From positions 1-40,161 of the forward strand of contig JAUQYZ020000268.1 of NCBI GenBank assembly GCA_030587475.2: a stretch of DNA of 40,161 nt. The letters run 5' to 3'. A program made the position numbers and the translations under genes. Below are positions 9,850 through 19,585 of the stretch, piece after piece. The notes below the pieces were generated by a model. The model saw only the letters and a list, made by a program, of their open reading frames with translations. It ran no database searches and was not told the origin of the DNA. The stretch comes from Candidatus Sigynarchaeum calidifontis (GTDB lineage: Archaea > Asgardarchaeota > Lokiarchaeia > Sigyniarchaeales > Sigyniarchaeaceae). Numbering within the stretch: position 1 is the stretch's first letter; each line of letters begins with the position of its first letter.

Positions 9850-10884
9850 TCATTTTTTCGTGGCCGAAACGAGCTGCAGCGCGAGCTTGATGAACGCTGC
9901 TTGCACGTTCTTGCCCGTGAGGGCGGATGTCTCGAGATAATCGAGCCCGAGGCTCGCCATGCACGGGTCGATGTCATCCTTGGTCACGGCGATCCGGCTG
10001 GTCAAGTCGGATTTATTCCCGATCACGAAGCCCGGGATATCCTTCTTCAACGCGAGCTTGATGTCGCGATGCCATTTCGCGACACTCTCGAACGTGTTCG
10101 GGCGCGTCAAGTCAAACACGATCAACTGGCCACTTGCGCCCTCGTAGAATGACCGGCGTGCTAGATCGAACTTGGATTGTCCCGCGATGTCCCAGATCAC
10201 GAATTCCACTTGAAGATCCCCAATTTCGATGATCTTCGTGGTGACGTTCACGCCAATTGACATGATATAGGTCTTCCTGAACGCGTTCTCGGTGAACCGG
10301 AGGATCATCGATGTCTTGCCAACTTCGGGATCCCCGATGACGACGATCTTGTACCGGTACACGTGCTTGGCAGGCATTTTCTCGTCCATCGCGAACGCGG
10401 TCTTGCCACCGGCAGGCATCTCGGCCTTATAGAGCTCCTCGAGCAGTCTCGTGACCCGGCCAAGCAAGTTCTCGATCTCGCTCGTGTAATCCGCCTCGCT
10501 CGCGCCTTTCCCATGCAATGCTTGGAAATGCTTGGCTGCCTCGTCGAATTCCGGATTGAACTCGTTGATGTACTTGTAAAACACCGCGTCGTTCGCGTCG
10601 CTGAAGAGCAGCGTGAGGGTGGCGTTTCCAATCTTGCCCGGGGCGCTTGAAGGATCGAGGGAGAAACACTTGATCAACCCCTTCAACTCGAGGGCGGGGA
10701 AGGTGATCAACTCGACGCCTTTCGGGATCGAATCGCCCCCGCCCGTGCACAAGTTCATGGATTTCGCGCTCACGTGGTTCCGCGTCTCCTCGTCGATCTC
10801 GTCGGGGATCCAACTGACCGCGGTGGGACCGAGCTTCTCATCGTGTTTCGAGAACACGATGCCATACACGAGTTCGTGCTTCAT
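9850..10884 (-). CDS. longin/uDENN-like domain fused to a Rab-like small GTPase
   Basis: The C-terminal G domain has GDPEVGKT, SIGVN, WDIAGQ, FYEGA, NKSD and ETSA. The N-terminal YGIVFSKHDEKLGP..WIP resembles the first strands of NPRL2/AVL9-type longin domains. There is no C-terminal Cys prenylation motif. Confidence 0.88.
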   Translation of the reverse strand: MKHELVYGIVFSKHDEKLGPTAVSWIPDEIDEETRNHVSAKSMNLCTGGGDSIPKGVELITFPALELKGLIKCFSLDPSSAPGKIGNATLTLLFSDANDAVFYKYINEFNPEFDEAAKHFQALHGKGASEADYTSEIENLLGRVTRLLEELYKAEMPAGGKTAFAMDEKMPAKHVYRYKIVVIGDPEVGKTSMILRFTENAFRKTYIMSIGVNVTTKIIEIGDLQVEFVIWDIAGQSKFDLARRSFYEGASGQLIVFDLTRPNTFESVAKWHRDIKLALKKDIPGFVIGNKSDLTSRIAVTKDDIDPCMASLGLDYLETSALTGKNVQAAFIKLALQLVSATKK

Positions 10885-10966
10885 GTTTTTCTAGTCCTGG
10901 AGATGTTTTTGACGCGACAACGAATTTCGCTGCCTGAGCACCCATTTAATGCCTTATAAAACCGGG

Positions 10967-11608
10967 TTAGAAGGGGATGGACAAGAGATTAGTGGTGAGG
11001 TCGAGCATGTCTTGAAACGTGTCCCTCCGGTATTCTTTCGCCAAGCTCGTGAGGTGCACGTTGAAGTCCAGGAACTTTCTGGTTTTCTTGAACGCGTAGT
11101 CTTGCAGCTCGTTCTTGATCCTGGACCTGGTTCCCTCGAGGCTGGCCTTCCCGCCGGGAACAAGGTCATACTTGTGCCCGACCACGTGGAACACGGATTG
11201 GGGGGCTTTCTCCAGCCGGGCCGTGTTTGTAAAGCAAATGAAATCCATGAGATATTCCCTCCGCATTTCGTTTTCCCATTCGGACACATCGAGAACGAAT
11301 AGCACGATGTCTGCGCCCTTGAACACTTGCTCCCCCGCGGATGTCGTGAGGAATTTCTCTAGCTCCTGACCCGACGTGTCAACCAAAGCCAACTCCACGG
11401 GAATCTTCTCGGGTGTCACGCCGTCCTTTTCAACGGGATAGGAATACACGTAGTTGAAGCGGTTGTATTTGACGCCGATCGTCGGGGCTTCTTGCTCAGA
11501 TAAAATCTTGTCCGCGGGTACCCCTTCAAAGAAGAATCGTCGCAAGCTTGTTTTGCCAGAATTAGGCGGGCCTACCAAGACGACCTTTTTCATCGAAATG
11601 TTCATCAT
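10967..11608 (-). CDS. small GTPase, Gtr/Rag- or Arf-like
   Basis: GPPNSGKTS, APT, DTSGQE, HKYD (Rag-type HKxD G4) and TSL. G domain only. Confidence 0.85.
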   Translation of the reverse strand: MMNISMKKVVLVGPPNSGKTSLRRFFFEGVPADKILSEQEAPTIGVKYNRFNYVYSYPVEKDGVTPEKIPVELALVDTSGQELEKFLTTSAGEQVFKGADIVLFVLDVSEWENEMRREYLMDFICFTNTARLEKAPQSVFHVVGHKYDLVPGGKASLEGTRSRIKNELQDYAFKKTRKFLDFNVHLTSLAKEYRRDTFQDMLDLTTNLLSIPF

Positions 11609-11859
11609 CCTCCTAAAATGATTCCACGTTCGACTCCAAGGTTTAAAATATTTGCATTCTCGTGCAAATCATCGTTAATTCTTTCCGTGAAAATTGGTTT
11701 TTTAATTCGGTTTCAGCTTGGTCGGGTTAAATGCCAGCACTATATCCGATACGGCGATCGTGTTCGACACGTTGATTTCAATCTTTATATATCTAGTCGT
11801 TGTGGGTGGCTTGTCTTGGAAAAAGTTTCACAAGCACCCGACATTGAGTAGGTCTTGTT

Positions 11860-13161
11860 ATGAATCTGCAATCCGAACCGGGACAAGCACGACAAGTGCA
11901 CTTGTTTGTACTCATGGTCGCCTCGATTGGAAACGCCATCGTGTGGGGAATGAATACTTTCTTGCAATTCCATGCGGGCTTGCGACAGTCGGAAGGTGGA
12001 TTTGGCTTGTCCTCGCTGGAAGTTGGCATCATTTTTGGCGTTGCAGCCGTGTTCGGAGCGTTCAGTAATGTTATCTGGGGAGCCGTGTCGGATAGGACGA
12101 ATAGCCGGTACGGGAAACGCAAGCCGTTCATGTTCATCTTCCCGCCACTCGTCTTGTTTACGCTGTGGATGGCGTCGAAGGTGGATGTCTTGTTCGGCAT
12201 TTCTATCGTGTTCTGGACCTTCTTGGTGATCATGGTCGTGAAAGGGATTTTTCATGCCGCTGCCAACGTCCCTTATTCTACCGTGATCCCGGAAGTCGTA
12301 CCACCTGAAAAGCGCATGATGGCTTCCCAGCTCAGCGCGTTCGTCCAGGGGATAGGCTTTGCGGCGGGTGCGGTCGTTCCAGCCTTTCTATTTGAGACTT
12401 TCGATGACTTCGGGATTCCATTTATCGTGGCTGGCGTGATAATGGTAATACTATATTTAATATCGTCCATCGCAGTGCCACCAGGCACGAAGCCCGTTAA
12501 AGTCGAGAGCATTTTCCAGTCCATGAAAGAAACGCTCAACAACCGCAACTTCATGGTATTCGAGGTGGCACAATTTTTCTGGACGCTGGGCTTGAACATC
12601 GTCATATTCGTGCTTCCGTTCCTTGCCCAAGACGTCGTGGGGATCCTGGACGAGAGCGTGTTTGGCTGGTTTTTCGTCTCGTTTTTACTTATCGCCGGGG
12701 CATTCTTGCTCGGGATGAATTTCCTCATGCAGAAGCGCCGGGTCGAGAAAAAAAAGACACTCTTGATCTCGCTGCTCATCACCGCGATCGCCCTCCCGTT
12801 CGTCGGGTTTATCGGTACCCCGGTGTTCTCGTTCATGCCCATCATGGCCCAGGTTTATTTGTTTGGATCCATCGTGTTCGCGGGCCTGGTCGGAATATTC
12901 ATTTTCCCGTATGCCATCATGATGGGGCTCATCGATTACTCGTCGGGATCCGAGGGTGCCTATAACGGGACGAACGGGACGGTACTCGGGTTCGCGGCGA
13001 TACCGGCTGGCCCCATAGGTGGCTTGCTCGTTTATCTCGGCTATCCCTACGTGGGCATCGTCGGCGCCTTGCTGTTCCTCGTCTCCATCGCGGTGATGCT
13101 CCGCGTGCACGTCCCCGAGCATCTATTCGAGAAGCGCGAGGCGAGAGACAACAAGGAATAG
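11860..13161 (+). CDS. MFS transporter (GPH/MelB-like)
   Basis: About 12 hydrophobic segments, the loop motif GAVSDRTNSRYGKRKPF, and NVPYSTVIPE. Confidence 0.9.
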   Translation: MNLQSEPGQARQVHLFVLMVASIGNAIVWGMNTFLQFHAGLRQSEGGFGLSSLEVGIIFGVAAVFGAFSNVIWGAVSDRTNSRYGKRKPFMFIFPPLVLFTLWMASKVDVLFGISIVFWTFLVIMVVKGIFHAAANVPYSTVIPEVVPPEKRMMASQLSAFVQGIGFAAGAVVPAFLFETFDDFGIPFIVAGVIMVILYLISSIAVPPGTKPVKVESIFQSMKETLNNRNFMVFEVAQFFWTLGLNIVIFVLPFLAQDVVGILDESVFGWFFVSFLLIAGAFLLGMNFLMQKRRVEKKKTLLISLLITAIALPFVGFIGTPVFSFMPIMAQVYLFGSIVFAGLVGIFIFPYAIMMGLIDYSSGSEGAYNGTNGTVLGFAAIPAGPIGGLLVYLGYPYVGIVGALLFLVSIAVMLRVHVPEHLFEKREARDNKE

Positions 13162-13251
13162 CTATCCACGTAACCACGAGGGATATCAAGGCACAAAGAA
13201 AGATGAACGCGCCAGGAACGAAAAGGAATTCAATAACCTTCGAATCCGGCT

Positions 13252-14169
13252 CTAGAGCTGGCCGCCTGGTTTGCGTAATGTCCGGGCCGCGACCCGTGTC
13301 GCGTTCAAGAGGCATTCTTGCTTCGACTTTTTATCGATCCACGCGTCGATGAACCCGGCATCGAATGAGTCACCCGCGCCGATCGAATCCACGATCTCGG
13401 TGAACGGGATCTTCTCGGCAGGTTGGGAGATCACGCCCTCGCCGTCGACGAGGATCGACCCCTCCTCGCCGAGCTTGACGATCACGGTTTTCGGCCCTTT
13501 GGCCAGCAGCGCCCGCGCCGCTCCAACATGATCGTCCATGGCCATGAGACTGCAAGCCTCGTGCTTGTCGACGAACAAGATGTCGACTAGCGGGAGTATC
13601 GGCTCGACAGCGCGCACCCACGGCACCGGATAATCGGTCAAGGGAAATTGCGGGTCGAGACTCGTGCCGATTCCATGTTTTCTCGCGAGCGTGAAGAGTT
13701 CCAGCACGGACCCCTTCCACGCGGGAGGGAAATGGAGGTACCCGCCGTGGTGGAACCAGCTTGCGGCGCGCACCGCGTCCAGCTGCTTCGGAGTGAAATC
13801 GAGCGGCCACAAGTCGTGCGTGGGCATCTGGTAGGTGAGCGGCCGCTTCTTCGAGCCGAAGAGCAGCATGTAGATGCCGATGGCCGTGGTTTTACCGTGC
13901 TGGATCTCGACGAGTTCCGTGTCGCTGTGCAGCCGCTTCAAGCAATCGAGAACGATGCCACCCAGGGGGTCGTCTCCGAGGGTCGTGATAACGGAGATAT
14001 CGTGTCCCAGCGAGCGGATGACGCCGGCGTAGTATCCGATAGCACCAGCGGCGAGAACCGACACCTCGGACGTGCCGACCCACTCGAGCAGCGCTTCTTT
14101 TTTTTCAGGAGCAGTGCCGTGGATGATCAAGTCCACGTTCATCGGCCCCAGTATCGTGATCTTGGCCAT
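13252..14169 (-). CDS. PfkB-family carbohydrate kinase
   Basis: LGPMNVD, AGAIG, LGDDPLG, VKLGEEG and the signature DSIGAGDSFDAG. The start was moved to ATG 14169 (MAKITIL). Confidence 0.9.
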   Translation of the reverse strand: MAKITILGPMNVDLIIHGTAPEKKEALLEWVGTSEVSVLAAGAIGYYAGVIRSLGHDISVITTLGDDPLGGIVLDCLKRLHSDTELVEIQHGKTTAIGIYMLLFGSKKRPLTYQMPTHDLWPLDFTPKQLDAVRAASWFHHGGYLHFPPAWKGSVLELFTLARKHGIGTSLDPQFPLTDYPVPWVRAVEPILPLVDILFVDKHEACSLMAMDDHVGAARALLAKGPKTVIVKLGEEGSILVDGEGVISQPAEKIPFTEIVDSIGAGDSFDAGFIDAWIDKKSKQECLLNATRVAARTLRKPGGQL

Positions 14170-14206
14170 CGACCATGCACCTAGGACGGGCTTGGTGATT
14201 CCTGGT

Positions 14207-15457
14207 TTAATGGCTCCCGGGCGGGAATATCGCGCCCCAAGCACGTGCGTGTTTCGGGATGTTGCTCCGCTGGCAATCGGGATTGATCGTGCCATCGGCC
14301 ACCGCGAAATAATACGGGATGATCTGGAGGATCGGCACGGCGAGCAGCGCGAAGATGTACTCGTTCTTCGTCGGGACGCGCACGACGTAATCGACCTGGT
14401 CCGCGATGACGTGCTCGTCCGCATCCACGATTGCCACGGCTGGTGACTTGAGCAAGGTGGTTACCTGGGCCACTTGCTGGAGCCATTTCTCGTGGGGGGA
14501 TCCCGGCGGGGCGATGATGAACGTCACGATGTTCTCGTCCGTGAGGCCGAAGACCCCATGCAGGTGACGCGTCGGGCACATGGGCTGTGCAGGCATGCTG
14601 GCCATCTCGTTGAACTTGAGCGCCATCTCCTCTGCCGAGCCGATGTTGGGGCCGCCGCCAACCACGAGAACCGCCCGCTTCTTGCAGAACCGCTGGGCGA
14701 TGCTCCACGCGCGCTTGTCCCACGCGTCGAAGTTGGCTGCCATCACCTTCGGTGCCGCCTTGAGCTCGGCGAGCAGCGCGTCGAAATCGTGCGTCTTGGG
14801 TTGCAGCAATTTACCCAGCTTGAACGACAGCAAGAACCCCGCGGCGATGCGGGTCGCATAGTGGAAAGTGTCCGAGCCGCCCGTGTCCATCCCACCAGCG
14901 CAAACGATTGACTCGGTGCATTTTTGCGTGATCGGGCTGCCCGCGATCGATGTAAACGCGACCGAGTAGGCACCCTTGTCTTTTATCAATTGCGCGGCGG
15001 CATTCGTGTCGAACGTCGACCCGCTGCCCGAGTATAGGAAAAACGCCGTCTTCTTGGGGTCGTACGGGATGTTTCCGAGCATGAACTCGGTGGAATCGAC
15101 ATGCCATGACTGGATCCCGCAATGGCGCACGAGGGACGCGGCGATCACCATGCCGACAAAAATGCTGGTCGGGAGCCCGACGTTGATGACTTGCGTGATG
15201 CCCCGCTTGGCAAGCTCCGTCGCGATGCGCGTGGTGATCTCGTCAGTTATTTCAAGTGTCTTGCCGACCGCCTCCGGCTCCGACGAGATGTCCCGGTATA
15301 AATTGAATGGGTGCTTCGTCTTTGGCTCCGAGTTGAGCGCCTTGTACATGACGGGGTATTCGGACGTGGCCTCGAGATCTGCCCGGTTACCAAAATCGAA
15401 CTTCTTGCGTTGCTTCTCATCCAAGACCTTCTTCGCTTGTCCATCATCTTTCGACAT
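14207..15457 (-). CDS. double-SIS-domain sugar-phosphate isomerase/deglycase (GlmS-C/FrlB/AgaS-like)
   Basis: DISSEPE, SGSGST.D, AFTS..GSPI, GGGPN...AEEMALKFNE and HLHG motifs. It has no glutaminase domain. Confidence 0.85.
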   Translation of the reverse strand: MSKDDGQAKKVLDEKQRKKFDFGNRADLEATSEYPVMYKALNSEPKTKHPFNLYRDISSEPEAVGKTLEITDEITTRIATELAKRGITQVINVGLPTSIFVGMVIAASLVRHCGIQSWHVDSTEFMLGNIPYDPKKTAFFLYSGSGSTFDTNAAAQLIKDKGAYSVAFTSIAGSPITQKCTESIVCAGGMDTGGSDTFHYATRIAAGFLLSFKLGKLLQPKTHDFDALLAELKAAPKVMAANFDAWDKRAWSIAQRFCKKRAVLVVGGGPNIGSAEEMALKFNEMASMPAQPMCPTRHLHGVFGLTDENIVTFIIAPPGSPHEKWLQQVAQVTTLLKSPAVAIVDADEHVIADQVDYVVRVPTKNEYIFALLAVPILQIIPYYFAVADGTINPDCQRSNIPKHARAWGAIFPPGSH

Positions 15458-15519
15458 TTCTTATCACGAATCTACTCTTCGCTAGCTGGTAATTTATGCG
15501 TGACGGGGGAAACGTTATC

Positions 15520-16458
15520 ATGGAGCCTATTACTGTGATTGACGGTCACATTGATACTATCCTCACGAGCAAGATCCGGTTCTACCACGAGGTCGAGTCG
15601 ACGCCGGCAAACATGCGAGCGGGGAACGTGCAAGCCGCGTTTTACTCGCTGTGTCCCGTGAACAAGCCGTGGCTCGTGAAGCGATTCACGAAGTTCTGGT
15701 TCTCGTACGTGAGATCCCCCCGCAACAACTTGATGCAAGTTCGATCGCTCGAAGATTTCGACCGCGCACGGAGAGAGGGCAAGATCGGCGCGATCTTGCA
15801 TTACGAGGGAGCGGGGGGCATCGACGAGGGCTTCACGCTGCTCGAGGAGGGAGCCAAGCTGGGGCTGCGAGGCTTGTGCATCACGTGGGCCGACACGAAC
15901 AAGTTTGGCCACGGCGCCAGGTTCAAGGGGGAGCAGTCGACGGAGGGACTCACGGACCTTGGCAAGGAACTCGTCACGAGGGCCGAGGCCCTCGGCATCA
16001 CCATCGACGTTTCGCACTTGAACGACCCGTCGTTCTGGGACGTGGTCTCGGTCGCCAAGAAACCATTCATCGCGTCGCATTCCAACGCCCGAGCCGTGTG
16101 CAAGCATCCCCGCAATCTCACCGACGAGCAGATCAAGGCGGTGAAGGAGAAGGGGGGCACGATCGGCATCAACTTCAGCGTCAAGTTCCTCGACGACGGC
16201 TGGAAGGTAACCAGCGGGAACGGCGTCACGTTCGCCACGCTCAAGAAGCACATCGACCACATCTCGAGCATCGCCGGCGTCGAGACGGTGGCCATGGGGT
16301 CGGACTTCGATGGCACCAGGGTGCCCCCGTGCTTGCAAACACCAGCGAGTTATCCCGCGCTTTTCCAATACCTCGGCGAAAACGGGTACAGCAAGCAAGA
16401 CCTGGACAAGATCGGCCACGCGAACCTGCTGCGGGTCTTCAAGGCCACGTGGACGTGA
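15520..16458 (+). CDS. M19 (renal/membrane-type) dipeptidase
   Basis: DGHID, YEGA, IDVSH, ASHSNA..HPRNLTDEQI and GSDFDG motifs. Confidence 0.92.
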   Translation: MEPITVIDGHIDTILTSKIRFYHEVESTPANMRAGNVQAAFYSLCPVNKPWLVKRFTKFWFSYVRSPRNNLMQVRSLEDFDRARREGKIGAILHYEGAGGIDEGFTLLEEGAKLGLRGLCITWADTNKFGHGARFKGEQSTEGLTDLGKELVTRAEALGITIDVSHLNDPSFWDVVSVAKKPFIASHSNARAVCKHPRNLTDEQIKAVKEKGGTIGINFSVKFLDDGWKVTSGNGVTFATLKKHIDHISSIAGVETVAMGSDFDGTRVPPCLQTPASYPALFQYLGENGYSKQDLDKIGHANLLRVFKATWT

Positions 16459-16470
16459 TCGTGCATCGTG

Positions 16471-17682
16471 TCATCGTATAGGATACCTGCCATCGCGCAC
16501 CCGGGCGAGCACGTACGCGCGGTAGTTCTCGTACTTGCAGGTTGGAATGACCGAATGCGAGCTCGATATGATGAACCCGCCGCCGGGCGCCACGTCGCGG
16601 ATCAACCGGGTGACGTGGGCATCGACCCCCGTCGGCGTGCCGTGCGACAGCAATTCAACGGGCACGTTCCCGACCAGCGTGAGCTTGTCTCCCCAGCGAC
16701 GTTTCCCCTCGGCAATGTCCATCCCGGCCGAGCCCTCCCACGGGTGCAGCGCGTCGATGCCGGCCTCGATGAAGTCGGGCACGAGATCCAGCACGCAGCC
16801 GTCCGAATGCAGCATGACCTTCCCGCCGCCCGCGTGGACGGCCTTGCAAAAGCGCGAGACGCCTTGCTTGAAGTATCGCCGGTACATGGCGGGGGATATG
16901 AGCGGGCGCTGTTTCTGCCCGAGGTCATCGGTCATGTAGAAGATCCTGGCGCCGTTATCCAGCAGCCGCGTGGCGACCGCCACCGCGTAGTCCGACATGT
17001 CCTTGACCGCCCGCTTGATGAAGCCGGGCTCCTTCACGAGCAACCTGAAGAGAGTCTCGTAACCGAACATCTCGCACAGGTGCTCGAAGTACGCTGCACC
17101 GAAGACCGTGAAGGCGAGGGCGATGCGTCCCTTGCCGAACTCGATCAACTTGCGGGCGAGGCACGTGTTGGCAATGCTGTCCGCGTCGAAGGCCATGTAC
17201 TTGTCGTAATCGGCGATCGACCGCAAGAAGCCACGACGGTCGACGGCTCCGTGCCCCGATGGTAGCCCGGTGGCCACGTCGCCCGCGGGCGCGAGGATTG
17301 CATGCTTGAGAACGCGGATATCATCGAACAGCCTCGGCGAGAGCACCACGGGCAAGCCACCAGCGGCGCCCATCAGGTCCACGCGCAGCCGGCGGTAGAC
17401 CGACGAGATCGAACCGAAGACGGGGGCAACGACGGGCTGCAAGAGCGTGGCGATGGCGCGGGGTCGTTGTATCGCCGCGAACGCGAGCTTTCGCAAGGGC
17501 CGTGCCCACGGCGCGGCCATGTACCGCAGCAACGCCGCTGGATAGAACAAGATGCCCGGCTCGACGTTCACGGGCCTGGATCCGACGATCTCGGGGATCT
17601 CGATCGCGCCCTCGTACGCGGGAACGCGATCCGGCTCCACGTGGTCGAGCGCTGCCAGGACGCGTGCATCTGGATCCATCAC
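16471..17682 (-). CDS. uroporphyrinogen decarboxylase/methylcobamide methyltransferase-like family protein
   Basis: RVLAAL..EPDRVP, DDLG...LISP, HSDG, GIDALHP, LVGNV and GGGFIISSSHS motifs. Confidence 0.88.
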   Translation of the reverse strand: MMDPDARVLAALDHVEPDRVPAYEGAIEIPEIVGSRPVNVEPGILFYPAALLRYMAAPWARPLRKLAFAAIQRPRAIATLLQPVVAPVFGSISSVYRRLRVDLMGAAGGLPVVLSPRLFDDIRVLKHAILAPAGDVATGLPSGHGAVDRRGFLRSIADYDKYMAFDADSIANTCLARKLIEFGKGRIALAFTVFGAAYFEHLCEMFGYETLFRLLVKEPGFIKRAVKDMSDYAVAVATRLLDNGARIFYMTDDLGQKQRPLISPAMYRRYFKQGVSRFCKAVHAGGGKVMLHSDGCVLDLVPDFIEAGIDALHPWEGSAGMDIAEGKRRWGDKLTLVGNVPVELLSHGTPTGVDAHVTRLIRDVAPGGGFIISSSHSVIPTCKYENYRAYVLARVRDGRYPIR

Positions 17683-17782
17683 TCTTGCTCATGCCTCATG
17701 CTACCTTGCGCCAGCCGACTCAAAAAACAGGGTGCGATCGCGGCGGTGGCTAGGCCAGCCGCCATCGACGAGGATCACGTGG

Positions 17783-18037
17783 TCAGTCGTCCTGGTACTC
17801 GATTTCCTCGTCCTCGATGAGCTCGCGATCGTCCTCGGTGACGGACGGCCCGGTCACTTCCTCGGCAACGTGGGTCATGTCCTTCGCACCATGCTCTATA
17901 ACGGTTGATATGGTGTAAAGCTTCTTGTGCTCGTCATCGAACGGCATCTGGTGGCCACAGCTCGGGCATTGCAGCACCTTGGCCTTGCCTTTTTTCCTGA
18001 TGAGCATCACGTTGTCACATTTTTCGCAGAATTGCAG
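17783..18037 (-). CDS. RpoM/TFS (Rpb9/A12/C11-like) N-terminal zinc-ribbon protein with acidic tail; probable CTG start
   Basis: Extending the ORF to CTG at 18037 gives (M)QFCEKCDNVML...LQCPSCGH, which completes the two CxxC pairs. An in-frame TGA lies three codons upstream, and a GGAGTTGA SD-like sequence ends 6 nt before the CTG. Confidence 0.78.
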   Translation of the reverse strand: MQFCEKCDNVMLIRKKGKAKVLQCPSCGHQMPFDDEHKKLYTISTVIEHGAKDMTHVAEEVTGPSVTEDDRELIEDEEIEYQDD

Positions 18038-18384
18038 ATCGCATCAACTCCATGTTGGTCTTTAGATAAATATGGTTTTCAGTAATGTGCACTATCTAAT
18101 AAACTCGTCCTCAATGCGTAAATTTTAGATAAAAAACGTTTCGCAAATGCTACAAATGTTATTTCCCGGCATCGATGATGATCTTGCATCCCATCCGTCC
18201 GATCGAGTTGGGTTACAAGGGTTCCCGGCACGACATTGGACCCGGAGACGTTGCACCCGGAGAGGTGTTATATCTTGTTCGTTTTCATTCTTGAAAATGG
18301 ATTACATGGCCGTGTTCGTGCCGTGAATGGCGGGAAATGATGAGCGGGAATTGAACCCGCAAAATGACCATGGCATGCCGATGC

Positions 18385-19485
18385 TCAGATGATCATCATC
18401 AAGATCATGTACTGGTTCCTCGTTATATCGTCAAGCAGCTCGCTCACGACCTTGTCCGCATCCGGAACGCCCATGCTCGCGAGCCGGCGCTGCAGCGTCG
18501 TCGAAATCACATCCTTGAATTCCAAAAAATTGATTGCCAGCTTCCCGGATGTTTCTTGCCATTCTTGCACGGCGAGGAGCAACAAGCCCTTGATAGCCCC
18601 CGGGCTCTTGGCGATTTTTGGCGCGAGGAGGTCACCGATGAAATCGATGATGACCATGGTCTCGCGCGACGAGAGAGCCTTTTGGACGAGTTCAGGCATC
18701 TTTTCGGGCAAGCCTTCGGGAATCACTGCAAGGGGGCGTGTATACCCCCTGTTCAGCCAAGCCTTGAACCAGGGCGGCATGACCCACGAGAAAAAGTTAA
18801 TCGATGCGTGCAAAAGTCCGACGACCATGATGCAAATTCCGACGAAGAAGCCAGCCCACGATCCCACGTAAGCATGTCCATCGATGGGAACGAAAATCCA
18901 GAGAACTGGTTGCGCGGCGTAGATCAAGCTGCCAACCCCGATTAACAAGTTCCGCTTCACGATCCACGGTTCGAGATGCTGCTTTTCGGCCACGCGATGC
19001 GTTTTGAACGACGCCGCGGCAAGGTACCCGAGCGCGATTGCATGCATGCACGAGATGACGGCGACGTGGAACGCGTATTGCACGAGCTTCTCGGGTGTAT
19101 TAATGGGATTGGTGGGAGGCATCGTTTGGTTGAAAAATTGGAGTTCGATAAAATGAACCAGGCGCAAGGCCGAGACAATGCCAAGGACAAGTCGGAAATG
19201 AGAACGCGATCCCTGGTAGAAGGTATATTTCGTGAACAAGACGTAGAAAATGGGATAATTCATCATGATGAGATCGCGGACGATTCGCGGACCCAATTTG
19301 AAATCAGTAACGAGCACGTCTAAGACCATAAACAGCCCGATCACGAAAAGCGAGATCAATGCGTGAACGCGGGTCTTGAGTGCCCGGTGAAACAGAAAGA
19401 TGCCGTAGGCAAGCTGGAACCCTATATAAATGGGATAGAGAACCGACGCCACGGCCATGAAATCGATCATGATGCACAACTTCAC
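18385..19485 (-). CDS. polytopic (~7 TM) membrane protein with soluble C-terminal helical domain
   Basis: About 7 hydrophobic segments ending in FFSWVMPPWFKAWL, followed by a ~120-aa hydrophilic domain. The exact start is uncertain. Confidence 0.75.
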   Translation of the reverse strand: MKLCIMIDFMAVASVLYPIYIGFQLAYGIFLFHRALKTRVHALISLFVIGLFMVLDVLVTDFKLGPRIVRDLIMMNYPIFYVLFTKYTFYQGSRSHFRLVLGIVSALRLVHFIELQFFNQTMPPTNPINTPEKLVQYAFHVAVISCMHAIALGYLAAASFKTHRVAEKQHLEPWIVKRNLLIGVGSLIYAAQPVLWIFVPIDGHAYVGSWAGFFVGICIMVVGLLHASINFFSWVMPPWFKAWLNRGYTRPLAVIPEGLPEKMPELVQKALSSRETMVIIDFIGDLLAPKIAKSPGAIKGLLLLAVQEWQETSGKLAINFLEFKDVISTTLQRRLASMGVPDADKVVSELLDDITRNQYMILMMII

Positions 19486-19585
19486 TGTGTTCCAACGGAT
19501 TTACAATCGAATGCATATAAGGATTTCATTATGTTCTCGTAGTATTTTTTTTTTATTTCGGGTACGGATATCGAGATCGATGAGG

